Below are positions 8,656-19,474 of a stretch of DNA of 19,474 nucleotides, one piece after another. The notes below the pieces were generated by a model, which searched no databases, was not told the origin of the DNA, and was given only the letters and a program-made list of their open reading frames with translations. The stretch is from a virus. Taxonomy: Duplodnaviria; Heunggongvirae; Uroviricota; Caudoviricetes. The stretch's first letter is position 1, and each line of letters starts with the position of its first letter. The stretch lies in the IMG/VR virus record IMGVR_UViG_2563366999_000007, positions 1-19,474 of that record; one strand, written 5' to 3'. Made by a program: the position numbers and the translations under genes.

Positions 8656-8895
8656 ATTGGTGAGAATCGCAGCAACTTGTCGTGCCAATCGAGCCATGTC
8701 GTCGTCAACGACACCCCATTCAAGAACAGCAAGCAGCATTGAGAACTTTGGAATCCAGTCCCTCTTCCACCTGCTGATCTGCGACTTATCAACTCCCACA
8801 GCTTCCGCTGTCTTCTCAGTTCCAAGCATTGCGATTTTGTTAAGCAACGCACTCTCGATTCGTAGAGCCTCGTTGCGTTTGTTTGCACGAACCAT
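8602..8895 (-). CDS. cII: Transcriptional activator CII
   Basis: 97 aa from MVRANKRNEALRIESALLNKIAMLGTEKTAEAVGVDKSQISRWKRDWIPKFSMLL..., matches lambda CII. Confidence 0.95.
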   Translation of the reverse strand: MVRANKRNEALRIESALLNKIAMLGTEKTAEAVGVDKSQISRWKRDWIPKFSMLLAVLEWGVVDDDMARLARQVAAILTNKKRPAATERSEQIQMEF

Positions 8896-8974
8896 ATGTA
8901 AGTATTTCCTTAGATAACAATTGATTGAATGTATGCAAATAAATGCATACACCATAGGTGTGGTTTAATTGGAT

Positions 8975-9006
8975 GCCCTTTTTCAGGGCGGGGATGTGTA
9001 AGAGCG
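8975..9006 (-). promoter_or_regulatory. nutR (boxB hairpin and boxA) N-utilisation site
   Basis: Minus strand carries boxA-like CGCTCTTACACA and boxB GCCCTGAAAAAGGGC (plus strand gccctttttcagggc at 8975..8989) between cro and cII, as in lambda. Confidence 0.8.
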
Positions 9007-9014
9007 GGAATGTC

Positions 9015-9966
<952 letters not shown>

Positions 9967-10241
9967 TCAGGATTGCAGCGCTACTCACAATACTCTTAAC
10001 TACCAGCGCCAATTCTGAATGCTGGATTGTCACAAACCTGCACGGGTACGGGGCAATGAATGGCGATCGTTACGGATTTACAAAAGACAGCACGGAAGAT
10101 TCCGTTTTCCACGTAACAATTAATGGCGATAAATCATCGGTTTATGAATCAGTCTCTGGCGTCTATCCAGAGATGAAATACACTGCTTTGTCATCGAACA
10201 CTATGGTAGGGGAATACCAGTCAGGAGGAGGAATGTAGTGG

Positions 10242-11412
<1,171 letters not shown>

Positions 11413-11671
11413 TGGAGCACCTGTGTTGTTCTGAGGTGAGCATATCACCTCTGTTCAGGTGGCCAAATTCAGTGTGCCACTACAGAATAACTGTTGAAAC
11501 TTGGTCAATCACTACAGACAAAAAAGCTCTTTACTCCAAAGTAATGAATATCCCAGGCATGCAACAACTTACATCAACCAAATCCTTTGTTGGTGATGTA
11601 GTCGGAACCTGCAACCAGTAATCCCCACCTCAATCTCAATAACCAAAAAACAAACTATTTTCCGTTTAAAA

Positions 11672-11752
11672 ACAATGGAGTTTGTTTTGCACCCCCCTTT
11701 TTTACAATATTTCTTGTTTACAATACACAATCTTTCTTGTAATTTTAAACCA
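11672..11752 (+). promoter_or_regulatory. OL operators and pL promoter (434-type operators, lambda-type transcript start)
   Basis: ACAA-N6-TTGT sites ACAATGGAGTTTGT (11672..11685), ACAATATTTCTTGT (11704..11717), ACAATCTTTCTTGT (11727..11740). Candidate -35 TTTACA (11717..11722), 17-bp spacer, -10 TAATTT (11740..11745), start near 11752 at ATCAGCAGGACGCACTGACC as in the lambda pL transcript. Confidence 0.75.
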
Positions 11753-11783
11753 TCAGCAGGACGCACTGACCACCATGAAGGTG

Positions 11784-11815
11784 ATGCTCTTAAAAATTAA
11801 GCCCTGAAGAAGGGC
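11784..11815 (+). promoter_or_regulatory. nutL (boxA and boxB)
   Basis: boxA-like GCTCTTAAAAATTAA followed by the boxB hairpin GCCCTGAAGAAGGGC (11801..11815), matching lambda nutL. Confidence 0.85.
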
Positions 11816-11973
11816 AGCATTCAAAGCAGAAGGCTTTGGGGTGTGTGATACGAAACGAAGCATTGGCCGGAAGTGCGATTCCGGATTAGCTGCCAATGTG
11901 CCAATCGCGGGGGGTTTTCGTTCAGGACTACAACTGCCACACACCACCAAAGCTAACTGACAGGAGAATCCAG

Positions 11974-12297
11974 ATGGATGCACAAACACGCCGCCGCGAA
12001 CGTCGCGCAGAGAAACAGGCTCAATGGAAAGCAGCAAATCCCCTGTTGGTTGGGGTAAGCGCAAAACCAGTTAACCGCCCTATTCTCTCGCTGAATCGCA
12101 AACCGAAATCACGAGTAGAAAGCGCACTAAATCCGATAGACCTTACAGTGCTGGCTGAATACCACAAACAGATTGAAAGCAACCTGCAACGTATTGAGCG
12201 CAAGAATCAGCGCACATGGTACAGCAAGCCTGGCGAACGCGGCATAACATGCAGTGGGCGCCAGAAAATTAAGGGAAAATCGATTCCTCTTACCTAG
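11974..12297 (+). CDS. N: Antitermination protein N
   Basis: 107 aa, MDAQTRRRERRAEKQAQWKAANPLLVGVSAKPVNRPILSLNRKPKSRVESALNPIDLTVLAEYHKQIESNLQRIERKNQRTWYSKPGERGITCSGRQKIKGKSIPLT, matches lambda N including the Arg-rich motif. Confidence 0.96.
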   Translation: MDAQTRRRERRAEKQAQWKAANPLLVGVSAKPVNRPILSLNRKPKSRVESALNPIDLTVLAEYHKQIESNLQRIERKNQRTWYSKPGERGITCSGRQKIKGKSIPLT

Positions 12298-12852
12298 TTA
12301 CTTAGATATTGACCTTGGCTTTATCTCAATATTATATGGATCATAGCTGGCAACTAATTCAGTCCAGTAAATATCCTCAATAGGGAATAATATATGCTTC
12401 CCGTTCCATCGGGAAAAAGTTTTGTTCAACACACCAAGCTCAATCAACTCACTAATGTATGGGAATTGTTTTGATGTAACCACATACTTCCTGCCTTCAT
12501 TAAGGGCTGCGCACAAAACCATAGATTGCTCTTCTGTAAGGTTTTGAATTACTGATCGCACTTTATCGTTTTGCATCTTAATGCGTTTTCTTAGCTTAAA
12601 TCGCTTATATCTGGCGCTGGCAATAGCTGATAATCGATGCACATTAATTGCTAGCGAAAATGCAAGAGCAAAGACGAAAACATGCCACACATGAGGAATA
12701 CCGATTCTCTCATTAACATATTCAGGCCAGTTATCTGGGCTTAAAAGCAGAAGTCCAACCCAGATAACGATCATATACATGGTTCTCTCCAGAGGTTCAT
12801 TACTGAACACTCGTCCGAGAATAACGAGTGGATCCATTTCTATACTCATCAA
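12298..12852 (-). CDS. sieB: Superinfection exclusion protein SieB (membrane protein)
   Basis: 184-aa ORF convergent with N, AT-rich, hydrophobic N-terminal half. Same position, orientation and length (555 bp) as lambda sieB. Confidence 0.75.
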   Translation of the reverse strand: MMSIEMDPLVILGRVFSNEPLERTMYMIVIWVGLLLLSPDNWPEYVNERIGIPHVWHVFVFALAFSLAINVHRLSAIASARYKRFKLRKRIKMQNDKVRSVIQNLTEEQSMVLCAALNEGRKYVVTSKQFPYISELIELGVLNKTFSRWNGKHILFPIEDIYWTELVASYDPYNIEIKPRSISK

Positions 12853-13046
12853 ACTGTAGGGGTTGTAATAGTTTATCCGATTTCTCGCTGTAGGGGTACA
12901 CGAGAACCACCGAGCCTGATGTGGTTAAAAGACAGGCACAATCTTTACTACCGCAATCCACTATTTAAGGTGATATATGGAAGAAGAATTTGAAGAGTTC
13001 GAAGAGCATCCTCAGGATGTGATGGAACAATACCAGGACTATCCGT

Positions 13047-13247
13047 ATGACTACGACTATTGATAAAAATCAATGGTGTGGACAATTCAAGCGATGCAAT
13101 GGATGCAAGCTGCAATCGGAATGCATGGTTAAGCCTGAAGAAATGTTTCCTGTAATGGAAGATGGGAAATATGTCGATAAATGGGCAATACGAACGACGG
13201 CAATGATTGCCAGAGAACTTGGTAAACAGAACAACAAAGTTGCCTGA
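13047..13247 (+). CDS. ral: Restriction alleviation protein Ral
   Basis: 66 aa, MTTTIDKNQWCGQFKRCNGCKLQSECMVKPEEMFPVMEDGKYVDKWAIRTTAMIARELGKQNNKVA, matches lambda Ral. Confidence 0.93.
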   Translation: MTTTIDKNQWCGQFKRCNGCKLQSECMVKPEEMFPVMEDGKYVDKWAIRTTAMIARELGKQNNKVA

Positions 13248-13383
13248 TAGTGGCCTTTATTTTTGGCATAAATAACAGAATAAACACTGCACTGTGTATT
13301 CATTCCAACGAGTGAATACACGGAGCAATGTCGCTCGTAACTAAACAGGAGCCGACTTGTTCTGATTATTGGAAATCTTCTTT

Positions 13384-13409
13384 GCCCTCCAGTGTGAGGG
13401 CGATTTTTT
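13384..13409 (+). terminator. Intrinsic terminator within the pL operon (tL2-like)
   Basis: GCCCTC-CAGTGT-GAGGGC hairpin followed by GATTTTTTA on the plus strand, just upstream of ea10. Confidence 0.5.
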
Positions 13410-13429
13410 ATCTATGAGGATATGAATAG

Positions 13430-13798
13430 ATGTCAAACATCAAAAAATACATCATTGATTACGACTGGAAAGCATCAATAGAAATTGAAATCGACCATGA
13501 CGTAATGACAGAGGAAAAACTTCACCAGATTAATAATTTCTGGTCAGACTCTGAATACCGACTCAATAAACACGGCTCTGTATTAAATGCTGTATTAATC
13601 ATGCTGGCGCAACATGCTCTGCTTATAGCAATTTCAAGCGACTTAAATGCATATGGTGTTGTGTGTGAGTTCGACTGGAATGATGGAAATGGTCAGGAAG
13701 GATGGCCTCCAATGGATGGTAGCGAAGGAATAAGAATTACCGATATCGATACATCAGGAATATTTGATCCAGATGATATGACTATCAAAGCCGCCTGA
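13430..13798 (+). CDS. ea10: Ea10 (lambda early protein, SSB-like)
   Basis: 122 aa, MSNIKKYIIDYDWKASIEIEIDHDVMTEEKLHQINNFWSDSEYRLNKHG..., matches lambda Ea10. Confidence 0.9.
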   Translation: MSNIKKYIIDYDWKASIEIEIDHDVMTEEKLHQINNFWSDSEYRLNKHGSVLNAVLIMLAQHALLIAISSDLNAYGVVCEFDWNDGNGQEGWPPMDGSEGIRITDIDTSGIFDPDDMTIKAA

Positions 13799-13870
13799 AC
13801 GCGGCGTTACCGCATACCAATTACGCTTCACTCGAGGCGTTTTTCGTTATGTATAAATAAGGAGCACACC

Positions 13871-14035
13871 ATGCAATATGCCATTGCAGGGTGGCCTGTT
13901 GCTGGCTGCCCTTCCGAATCTTTACTTGAACGAATTACCCGTAAATTACGTGACGGATGGAAACGCCTTATCGACATACTTAATCAGCCAGGAGTCCCGA
14001 AAAATGGATCAAACAATTATGGCTATCCAGACTAA
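13871..14035 (+). CDS. cIII: CIII (FtsH/HflB protease inhibitor)
   Basis: Hand-translated 54 aa: [54 protein letters not shown], matches lambda CIII. Below the ORF-track cutoff. Confidence 0.9.
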   Translation: MQYAIAGWPVAGCPSESLLERITRKLRDGWKRLIDILNQPGVPKNGSNNYGYPD

Positions 14036-14168
14036 ATTCACTATCGCCACTTTTATTGGCGATGAAAAGATGTTTCGTGAGGCCGTCGACGCTTATAAAA
14101 AATGGATATTAATACAGAAACTGAGATCAAGCAAAAGCATTCACTACCCCCCTTTCCTGTTTTCCTAA
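14022..14168 (+). CDS. kil: Kil (host cell-division inhibitor)
   Basis: [49 protein letters not shown], overlapping the cIII 3' end as in lambda. An alternative in-frame start at 14004 (MDQTIM...) exists. Confidence 0.8.
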   Translation, partial: AIQTKFTIATFIGDEKMFREAVDAYKKWILIQKLRSSKSIHYPPFLFS

Positions 14169-14222
14169 TCAGCCTGGCATTTCGCGGGCGATATTTTCAC
14201 AGCCATTTTCAGGAGTTCAGCC

Positions 14223-14519
14223 ATGAACGCTTATTACATTCAGGATCGTCTTGAGGCTCAGAGCTGGGCGCGTCACTACCAGCAGATCGCCCGTGAAGAG
14301 AAAGAGGCAGAACTGGCAGACGACATGGAAAAAGGCCTGCCCCAGCACCTGTTTGAATCGCTATGCATCGATCATTTGCAACGCCACGGGGCCAGCAAAA
14401 AAGCCATTACCCGTGCGTTTGATGACGATGTTGAGTTTCAGGAGCGCATGGCAGAACACATCCGGTACATGGTTGAAACCATTGCTCACCACCAGTTTGA
14501 TATTGATTCAGAGGTATAA
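14223..14519 (+). CDS. gam: Gam (RecBCD inhibitor), short 98-aa form
   Basis: [98 protein letters not shown], matches lambda Gam. Confidence 0.95.
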   Translation: MNAYYIQDRLEAQSWARHYQQIAREEKEAELADDMEKGLPQHLFESLCIDHLQRHGASKKAITRAFDDDVEFQERMAEHIRYMVETIAHHQFDIDSEV

Positions 14520-14524
14520 AACGG

Positions 14525-15310
14525 ATGAGTACAGCACTCGCAACGCTGGCAGGGAAGCTGGCTGAACGTGTCGGCATGGATTCTGTCGACCCACAGGAAC
14601 TGATCACCACTCTTCGCCAGACGGCATTTAAAGGTGATGCCAGCGATGCGCAGTTCATCGCATTGTTGATCGTCGCCAACCAGTACGGCCTTAATCCGTG
14701 GACGAAAGAAATTTACGCCTTCCCTGATAAGCAGAACGGCATTGTTCCGGTGGTGGGCGTTGATGGCTGGTCCCGCATCATCAATGAAAACCAGCAGTTT
14801 GATGGCATGGACTTTGAGCAGGACAATGAATCCTGTACATGCCGGATTTACCGCAAGGACCGTAATCATCCGATCTGCGTTACCGAGTGGATGGATGAAT
14901 GCCGCCGCGAACCATTCAAAACCCGCGAAGGCAGAGAAATCACGGGCCCGTGGCAGTCGCATCCCAAACGGATGTTACGGCATAAAGCCATGATTCAGTG
15001 TGCCCGTCTCGCCTTCGGATTTGCTGGTATCTATGACAAGGATGAAGCCGAGCGCATTGTCGAAAATACTGCATACACTGCAGAACGTCAGCCAGAACGC
15101 GACATCACTCCGGTTAACGATGAAACCATGCAGGAGATTAACACTCTGCTGATCGCCCTGGATAAAACATGGGATGACGACTTATTGCCGCTCTGTTCCC
15201 AGATATTTCGCCGCGACATTCGCGCATCGTCAGAACTGACACAGGCCGAAGCAGTGAAAGCTCTTGGATTCCTGAAACAGAAAGCCGCAGAGCAGAAGGT
15301 GGCAGCATGA
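14525..15310 (+). CDS. bet: Bet (Red-beta single-strand annealing protein)
   Basis: 261 aa, [68 protein letters not shown]..., matches lambda Bet. Confidence 0.97.
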   Translation: MSTALATLAGKLAERVGMDSVDPQELITTLRQTAFKGDASDAQFIALLIVANQYGLNPWTKEIYAFPDKQNGIVPVVGVDGWSRIINENQQFDGMDFEQDNESCTCRIYRKDRNHPICVTEWMDECRREPFKTREGREITGPWQSHPKRMLRHKAMIQCARLAFGFAGIYDKDEAERIVENTAYTAERQPERDITPVNDETMQEINTLLIALDKTWDDDLLPLCSQIFRRDIRASSELTQAEAVKALGFLKQKAAEQKVAA

Positions 15311-15987
15311 CACCGGACATTATCCTGCAGCGTACCGGGATCGACGTGAGAGCTGTCGAACAGGGGGATGATGCGTGGCACAAATTACGGCTCGGCGTCA
15401 TCACAGCTTCAGAAGTTCACAACGTGATAGCAAAGCCCCGCTCAGGAGAGAAGTGGCCTGACATGAAAATGTCCTACTTCCACACCCTGCTGGCTGAGGT
15501 TTGCACCGGTGTGGCTCCGGAAGTTAATGCTAAGGCGCTGGCCTGGGGAAAACAGTACGAGAACGACGCCAGAACCCTGTTTGAATTCACTTCCGGCGTG
15601 AATGTTATTGAATCCCCGATCATCTATCGCGACGAAAGTATGCGCACCGCCTGCTCTCCCGATGGTTTATGCAGTGATGGCAATGGCCTTGAGCTGAAAT
15701 GCCCGTTTACCTCCCGGGATTTCATTAAGTTCCGGCTCGGTGGTTTCGAGGCCATAAAGTCGGCTTACATGGCCCAGGTGCAGTACAGCATGTGGGTGAC
15801 GCGAAAAGATGCCGGGTACTTTGCCAACTATGACCCGCGTATGAAGCGTGAAGGCCTGCATTATGTCGTGATTGAGCGGGATGAAAAGTACATGGCGAGT
15901 TTTGACGAGATAGTGCCGGAGTTCATCGAAAAAATGGACGAGGCACTGGCTGAAATTGGTTTTGTATTTGGGGAGCAATGGCGATGA
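15307..15987 (+). CDS. exo: Exo (Red-alpha 5'-3' exonuclease)
   Basis: 226 aa, [47 protein letters not shown]..., matches lambda Exo. Confidence 0.97.
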   Translation: MTPDIILQRTGIDVRAVEQGDDAWHKLRLGVITASEVHNVIAKPRSGEKWPDMKMSYFHTLLAEVCTGVAPEVNAKALAWGKQYENDARTLFEFTSGVNVIESPIIYRDESMRTACSPDGLCSDGNGLELKCPFTSRDFIKFRLGGFEAIKSAYMAQVQYSMWVTRKDAGYFANYDPRMKREGLHYVVIERDEKYMASFDEIVPEFIEKMDEALAEIGFVFGEQWR

Positions 15988-16166
15988 AGCATCCTCACGA
16001 TAATATCCGGGTAGGTGCGATCACTTTCGTCTACTCCGTTACAAAGCGAGGCTGGGTATTTCCCGACCTTTCTGTTATCCAAAATCCACTGAAAGCCCAG
16101 CGGCTGGCTGAGGAGATAAATAATAAACGAGGGGCTGTATGCACAAAGCATCTCCTGTTGAGTTAA
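15984..16166 (+). CDS. Lambda orf60a-like protein
   Basis: [60 protein letters not shown]. Start overlaps the exo stop. Confidence 0.85.
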   Translation: MKHPHDNIRVGAITFVYSVTKRGWVFPDLSVIQNPLKAQRLAEEINNKRGAVCTKHLLLS

Positions 16167-16330
16167 GAACGAGCATTGAGATGGCACATAGCCTCGCTCA
16201 AATTGGAGTCAGGTTTGTGCCAATACCAGTAGAAACAGACGAAGAATTTCATACGTTAGCCGCATCCCTTTCACAAAAGCTGGAAATGATGGTGGCGAAA
16301 GCAGAAGCAGATGAGAGAGACCAGGTATGA
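16139..16330 (+). CDS. Lambda orf63-like protein
   Basis: 63 aa, [63 protein letters not shown]. Confidence 0.85.
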   Translation: MHKASPVELRTSIEMAHSLAQIGVRFVPIPVETDEEFHTLAASLSQKLEMMVAKAEADERDQV

Positions 16331-16410
16331 CAACCACTGAATGCATTTTTCTGGCAGCGGGCTTCATATTCTGTGTGCTTATGCTTGCCGACATGGGACT
16401 TGTTCAATGA
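16327..16410 (+). CDS. Hypothetical 27-aa hydrophobic peptide, translationally coupled (ATGA overlaps at both ends)
   Basis: MTTTECIFLAAGFIFCVLMLADMGLVQ*. Its ATG overlaps the orf63 stop and its stop overlaps the orf61 start. Could simply be a coupling spacer. Confidence 0.2.
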   Translation: MTTTECIFLAAGFIFCVLMLADMGLVQ

Positions 16411-16622
16411 CACCTCAGCAAGAAAACGCCCTTCGCAGTATTGCCCGTCAGGCTAATTCTGAAATCAAAAAAGCCAGACAGCAGTTTCCGGATAAAAACG
16501 TCGATGACATTTGCCGTAGCGTACTGAAGAAGCACCGCGAAACGGTAACGCTGATGGGATTCACACCGACTCATTTAAGCCTGGCGATCGGCATGTTAAA
16601 CGGCGTCTTTAAGGAACGGTGA
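16407..16622 (+). CDS. Lambda orf61-like protein
   Basis: MTPQQENALRSIARQANSEIKKARQQFPDKNVDDICRSVLKKHRETVTLMGFTPTHLSLAIGMLNGVFKER, matches lambda orf61. Confidence 0.8.
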   Translation: MTPQQENALRSIARQANSEIKKARQQFPDKNVDDICRSVLKKHRETVTLMGFTPTHLSLAIGMLNGVFKER

Positions 16623-16720
16623 GCATGAAAAACAAAATCATCAGGGAGCTACAGGCTCCTTTTTTATTATTCGCATTCACCCTCAAGCGTATTAACCAAC
16701 AATTCAGGGATTAATGAAAG

Positions 16721-16942
16721 ATGGCAGACATCATTGATTCAGCATCAGAAATTGAAGAATTACAGCGCAACACAGCAATAAAAATGCGCCGCCTGAACCA
16801 CCAGGCTATATCTGCCACTCATTGTTGTGAGTGTGGCGATCCGATAGATGAACGAAGACGCTTGGCCGTTCAGGGTTGTCGGACTTGTGCAAGTTGCCAG
16901 GAGGATCTGGAACTTATCAGTAAACAGAGAGGTTCGAAGTGA
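16721..16942 (+). CDS. DksA/TraR-family C4 zinc-finger protein (lambda orf73-like)
   Basis: 73 aa, MADIIDSASEIEELQRNTAIKMRRLNHQAISATHCCECGDPIDERRRLAVQGCRTCASCQEDLELISKQ. The CxxC-17-CxxC motif and N-terminal helix are typical of TraR-like RNA-polymerase-binding proteins. Confidence 0.8.
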   Translation: MADIIDSASEIEELQRNTAIKMRRLNHQAISATHCCECGDPIDERRRLAVQGCRTCASCQEDLELISKQRGSK

Positions 16943-17094
16943 GCGAAATTAACTAGAAGCCAAAGATAAAATCATCGCTGAGCAGGAGAAAATCGCTAAC
17001 GGAGAAAAGACAGTAAGTCAGTATATGAAAACCGCATGATATCATCAGATAAAAATCGATCGTAAAGCGAAATATTAATACCAGAATAAACGAG

Positions 17095-17118
17095 TCGAGG
17101 TAAATTATATTACCTCGA
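17095..17118 (-). terminator. Hairpin downstream of the reverse-oriented membrane-protein gene (possible terminator)
   Basis: Perfect 9-bp inverted repeat TCGAGGTAA-ATTATA-TTACCTCGA, followed on the minus strand by CTCGTTTATT. AT-rich stem, so only moderate terminator character. Confidence 0.35.
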
Positions 17119-17152
17119 TAAATTAACTAAAACTTGCCCGCTATATACTATC

Positions 17153-17755
17153 TCATTCAGTATCATCACGCGCGGTCTGTGCATATGTTACTACCGCACC
17201 TAATGTATTAATTTTCTTTTCAACATAGATAATATTATCGTACTCATAATTGCCATACGGATAGCAAATGCGAATATTCTCATGTAGATCGGGGTCATCC
17301 ACCTCAGCTCCAGAACAACTTTTTGAACTACCGGAAGTATACCGATACGGTGCAACATAAGACGATGTCTCTCCAGGCAAAAAATAAGTTAGTGTTGTAA
17401 GGGGTATAATCAGAAAAAATCCAGCAAATATGCACATCCCTGCATAAACCTTAAGGTATGCTGACAGACTCTTCCAGCCGCTTTGTTTTACTATCCCCTT
17501 CTTAACCCAAAACAGAGATAACAGAAAAGCTATTCCCATGCTAAACAGAATGTAATAGTGGGATATACTCTGATTAAGAAACGTGACCCTGTAAATATCT
17601 GCCCGCCACCAGAAGAAAAGGAAAATAAAGATCAGGCCTGAAACTGTCATGCAAATCAAATAAGGATACGAATCTTTTTTCATGTTTAGCGCCCATAAAA
17701 TTTTTCCTGCCCCGGACAAATTTACCATCCATTTTTTGCGCAGAAAATAGCTCAT
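17153..17755 (-). CDS. Hypothetical membrane protein (reverse-oriented moron in the ea22/ea8.5 position)
   Basis: 200-aa ORF, AT-rich. Three to four hydrophobic helices (LICMTVSGLIFIFLFFWW, YYILFSMGIAFLLSLFWV, VYAGMCIFAGFFLIIPLTTLTYFL) and a roughly 70-aa hydrophilic C-terminal domain with Cys/Tyr-rich motifs. Opposite orientation to the surrounding pL operon. I recognise no homolog. Confidence 0.6.
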   Translation of the reverse strand: MSYFLRKKWMVNLSGAGKILWALNMKKDSYPYLICMTVSGLIFIFLFFWWRADIYRVTFLNQSISHYYILFSMGIAFLLSLFWVKKGIVKQSGWKSLSAYLKVYAGMCIFAGFFLIIPLTTLTYFLPGETSSYVAPYRYTSGSSKSCSGAEVDDPDLHENIRICYPYGNYEYDNIIYVEKKINTLGAVVTYAQTARDDTE

Positions 17756-17996
17756 TACTTACTGCACAATAATACACAAAATTGCGTAAATTTTTTGCAT
17801 GGATTTTAGCTCTTTCAGCCGACGTTTAAGGGGTAAATAGCATTTCCTAAAAGCAACTGCACCAACCCAACAGAATGAGCTACCGCTTACGTTGAGAGCA
17901 AAAAAGTGTATAGCAGCAATGAACAGCATCCTCGCACTGACGAGGATTTCTTTTATCTGAACTCGCTACGGCGAGTTTTGTTTTATGGAGATGATA

Positions 17997-18164
17997 AATG
18001 CACTTCCGAGTCACAGGTGAATGGAATGGAGAACCATTCAACAGAGTTATCGAAGCAGAGAACATCAATGACTGCTATGACCACTGGATGATATGGGCGC
18101 AGATAGCACATGCAGACATAACCAATATTCGAATTGAAGAACTGAAAGAACACCAAGCCGCCTG
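17997..18164 (+). CDS. Small hypothetical protein upstream of xis (lambda 55-aa ORF-like)
   Basis: Hand-translated 55 aa with GGAGA ribosome-binding site: MHFRVTGEWNGEPFNRVIEAENINDCYDHWMIWAQIAHADITNIRIEELKEHQAA*. Followed by a terminator hairpin. Confidence 0.6.
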
Positions 18165-18179
18165 ATGGCGGCTTTTTCT
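18154..18179 (+). terminator. Intrinsic terminator (AAGCCGCC-TGAT-GGCGGCTT followed by a T-run)
   Basis: GC-rich 8-bp stem, 4-nt loop, then TTTTTCTT on the plus strand, overlapping the stop of the 55-aa ORF and upstream of xis. Confidence 0.6.
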
Positions 18180-18204
18180 TGCGTGTAATTGCGGAGACTT
18201 TGCG

Positions 18205-18423
18205 ATGTACTTGACACTTCAGGAGTGGAACGCACGCCAGCGGCGCCCAAGAAGCCTTGAAACAGTTCGTCGATGGGTACGCGAGTGCAGGATATTCCCT
18301 CCTCCTGTTAAGGATGGAAGAGAGTATTTGTTCCACGAATCAGCGGTAAAAATTGACTTAAATCGACCAGTAACAGGTAGCCTTTTGAAGAGGATCAAAA
18401 ATGGGAAGAAGGCGAAGTCATGA
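18205..18423 (+). CDS. xis: Excisionase Xis
   Basis: 72 aa, MYLTLQEWNARQRRPRSLETVRRWVRECRIFPPPVKDGREYLFHESAVKIDLNRPVTGSLLKRIKNGKKAKS, matches lambda Xis. Confidence 0.96.
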   Translation: MYLTLQEWNARQRRPRSLETVRRWVRECRIFPPPVKDGREYLFHESAVKIDLNRPVTGSLLKRIKNGKKAKS

Positions 18424-19474
18424 GCGCCGGGATTTACCCCCTAACCTTTATATAAGAAACAATGGATATTACTGCTACAGGGACCCAAGGACGGGTAAAG
18501 AGTTCGGATTAGGCAGAGACAGACGTATAGCAATCACTGAAGCTATACAGGCCAATATTGAGTTGCTATCCGGGAACAGGCGTGAGTCACTGATAGACAG
18601 AATTAAAGGCGCTGACGCAATCACTCTTCATGCGTGGCTTGACCGATATGAAACAATCCTCAGCGAGAGGGGTATCAGGCCGAAAACTCTACTCGACTAC
18701 GCCAGCAAAATCAGGGCAATCCGAAGAAAATTGCCGGACAAACCGCTCGCTGACATATCAACGAAAGAGGTGGCAGCAATGCTAAACACCTACGTAGCAG
18801 AAGGTAAAGCGGCTTCCGCAAAATTAATCAGGTCAACCCTTGTTGACGTTTTTCGTGAGGCAATAGCCGAGGGGCATGTGGCTACGAATCCGGTAACAGC
18901 AACCCGCACAGCAAAGTCAGAAGTAAGGCGCTCAAGGCTGACAGCTAATGAGTATGTCGCGATTCACCATGCAGCCGAACCTCTCCCAATCTGGCTGAGG
19001 CTTGCGATGGATTTGGCCGTCGTTACAGGTCAGAGAGTCGGCGATTTGTGCAAAATGAAATGGTCAGACATAAACGACAACCATCTTCACATTGAACAGG
19101 GTAAAACAGGGGCTAAGCTCGCCATTCCGCTGACGCTAACGATTGACGCGCTCAATATCTCATTGGCCGATACACTACAGAAATGCAGGGAGGTCAGCGG
19201 CAGTGAAACAATAATTGCATCAACGCATCACGAACCGCTTTCCCCGAAAACAGTATCTAAGTATTTTACAAAGGCGAGAAATGCATCTGGACTCTCATTT
19301 GATGGAGACCCGCCAACATTCCATGAACTGCGTAGCCTGTCGGCGAGGCTATACCGGAATCAGATTGGCGATAAGTTTGCTCAACGTCTTCTCGGGCATA
19401 AATCAGATTCAATGGCGGCGCGGTATAGGGACAGCCGAGGGAGAGAATGGGACAAAATTGAAATCAACAAATGA
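18401..19474 (+). CDS. int: Tyrosine integrase Int (lambda family)
   Basis: 357 aa, MGRRRSHERRDLPPNLYIRNNGYYCYRDPRTGKEFGLGRDRRIAITEAIQAN..., catalytic-domain motifs (...HELRSLSARLY...LLGHKSDSMAARYRD...). Overlaps the xis 3' end. Stop at the window edge. Confidence 0.96.
   Translation: MGRRRSHERRDLPPNLYIRNNGYYCYRDPRTGKEFGLGRDRRIAITEAIQANIELLSGNRRESLIDRIKGADAITLHAWLDRYETILSERGIRPKTLLDYASKIRAIRRKLPDKPLADISTKEVAAMLNTYVAEGKAASAKLIRSTLVDVFREAIAEGHVATNPVTATRTAKSEVRRSRLTANEYVAIHHAAEPLPIWLRLAMDLAVVTGQRVGDLCKMKWSDINDNHLHIEQGKTGAKLAIPLTLTIDALNISLADTLQKCREVSGSETIIASTHHEPLSPKTVSKYFTKARNASGLSFDGDPPTFHELRSLSARLYRNQIGDKFAQRLLGHKSDSMAARYRDSRGREWDKIEINK

Noticed and set aside
13290-13330. Inverted repeat GTGTATTCA…TGAATACAC between ral and ea10
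   Set aside because: Imperfect 9-bp stem with no U-run; the adjacent GCCCTC/GAGGGC hairpin with a T-run (13384..13409) is the better terminator candidate.
13878-14168. 96-aa ORF MPLQGG… spanning cIII and kil
   Set aside because: This is the kil reading frame extended upstream through cIII in a different frame. The cIII protein (13871..14035) and kil (14022..14168) match the lambda proteins individually.
14102-14222. Long-form Gam N-terminal extension ([14 protein letters not shown]…)
   Set aside because: The upstream ATG at 14102 is out of frame with gam in this sequence, so only the 98-aa form is encoded. I cannot verify from memory whether this differs from the reference lambda sequence, so it is not reported as a lesion.
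16949-17136. 10-bp direct repeat AAATTAACTA at 16949 and 17127
   Set aside because: AT-rich and short, likely chance; it does not flank the inserted membrane-protein gene, so it is not evidence of a target-site duplication.

Overview
This window is a near-complete early and regulatory half of a mosaic lambdoid (lambda-like) prophage, from int/xis at the right edge to the lysis cassette and a Rha-type regulator at the left edge. The + strand carries the pL operon (N, ral, ea10, cIII, kil, gam, bet, exo, orf60a/63/61/73, xis, int). The - strand carries the pR and late operons (cro, cII, O with ori iterons, P, ren, ninB/E/F/G, the orf221 phosphatase, Q, then lysis genes). The backbone proteins match lambda almost residue for residue, but three modules are of different type: the immunity region is phage-434 type (434 cI and cro, with 14-bp ACAA-N6-TTGT operators at OR and OL), the lysis cassette is phage-21 type (S21 pinholin with dual-start MYQM, SAR endolysin, Rz/Rz1), and the nin region lacks ninC/ninD/ninH. 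An IS911 element (about 1251 bp, 3-bp GAA target duplication) sits between cI and OL, splitting a signal-peptide gene that is translationally coupled to cI, and its own orfB is frame-broken at an 18-bp inverted duplication. Three AT-rich accessory loci of unknown function are the best candidates for undescribed lysogen-expressed functions: a roughly 250-aa polytopic membrane protein between the Q-dependent late promoter and the first strong terminator, a reverse-oriented 200-aa membrane protein replacing ea22/ea8.5, and a pair of coupled small hydrophobic ORFs between ren and ninB. No tRNA, rRNA, CRISPR or toxin genes were seen. All identifications rest on reading the six-frame translations and the DNA by eye against remembered phage sequences; no search was run.
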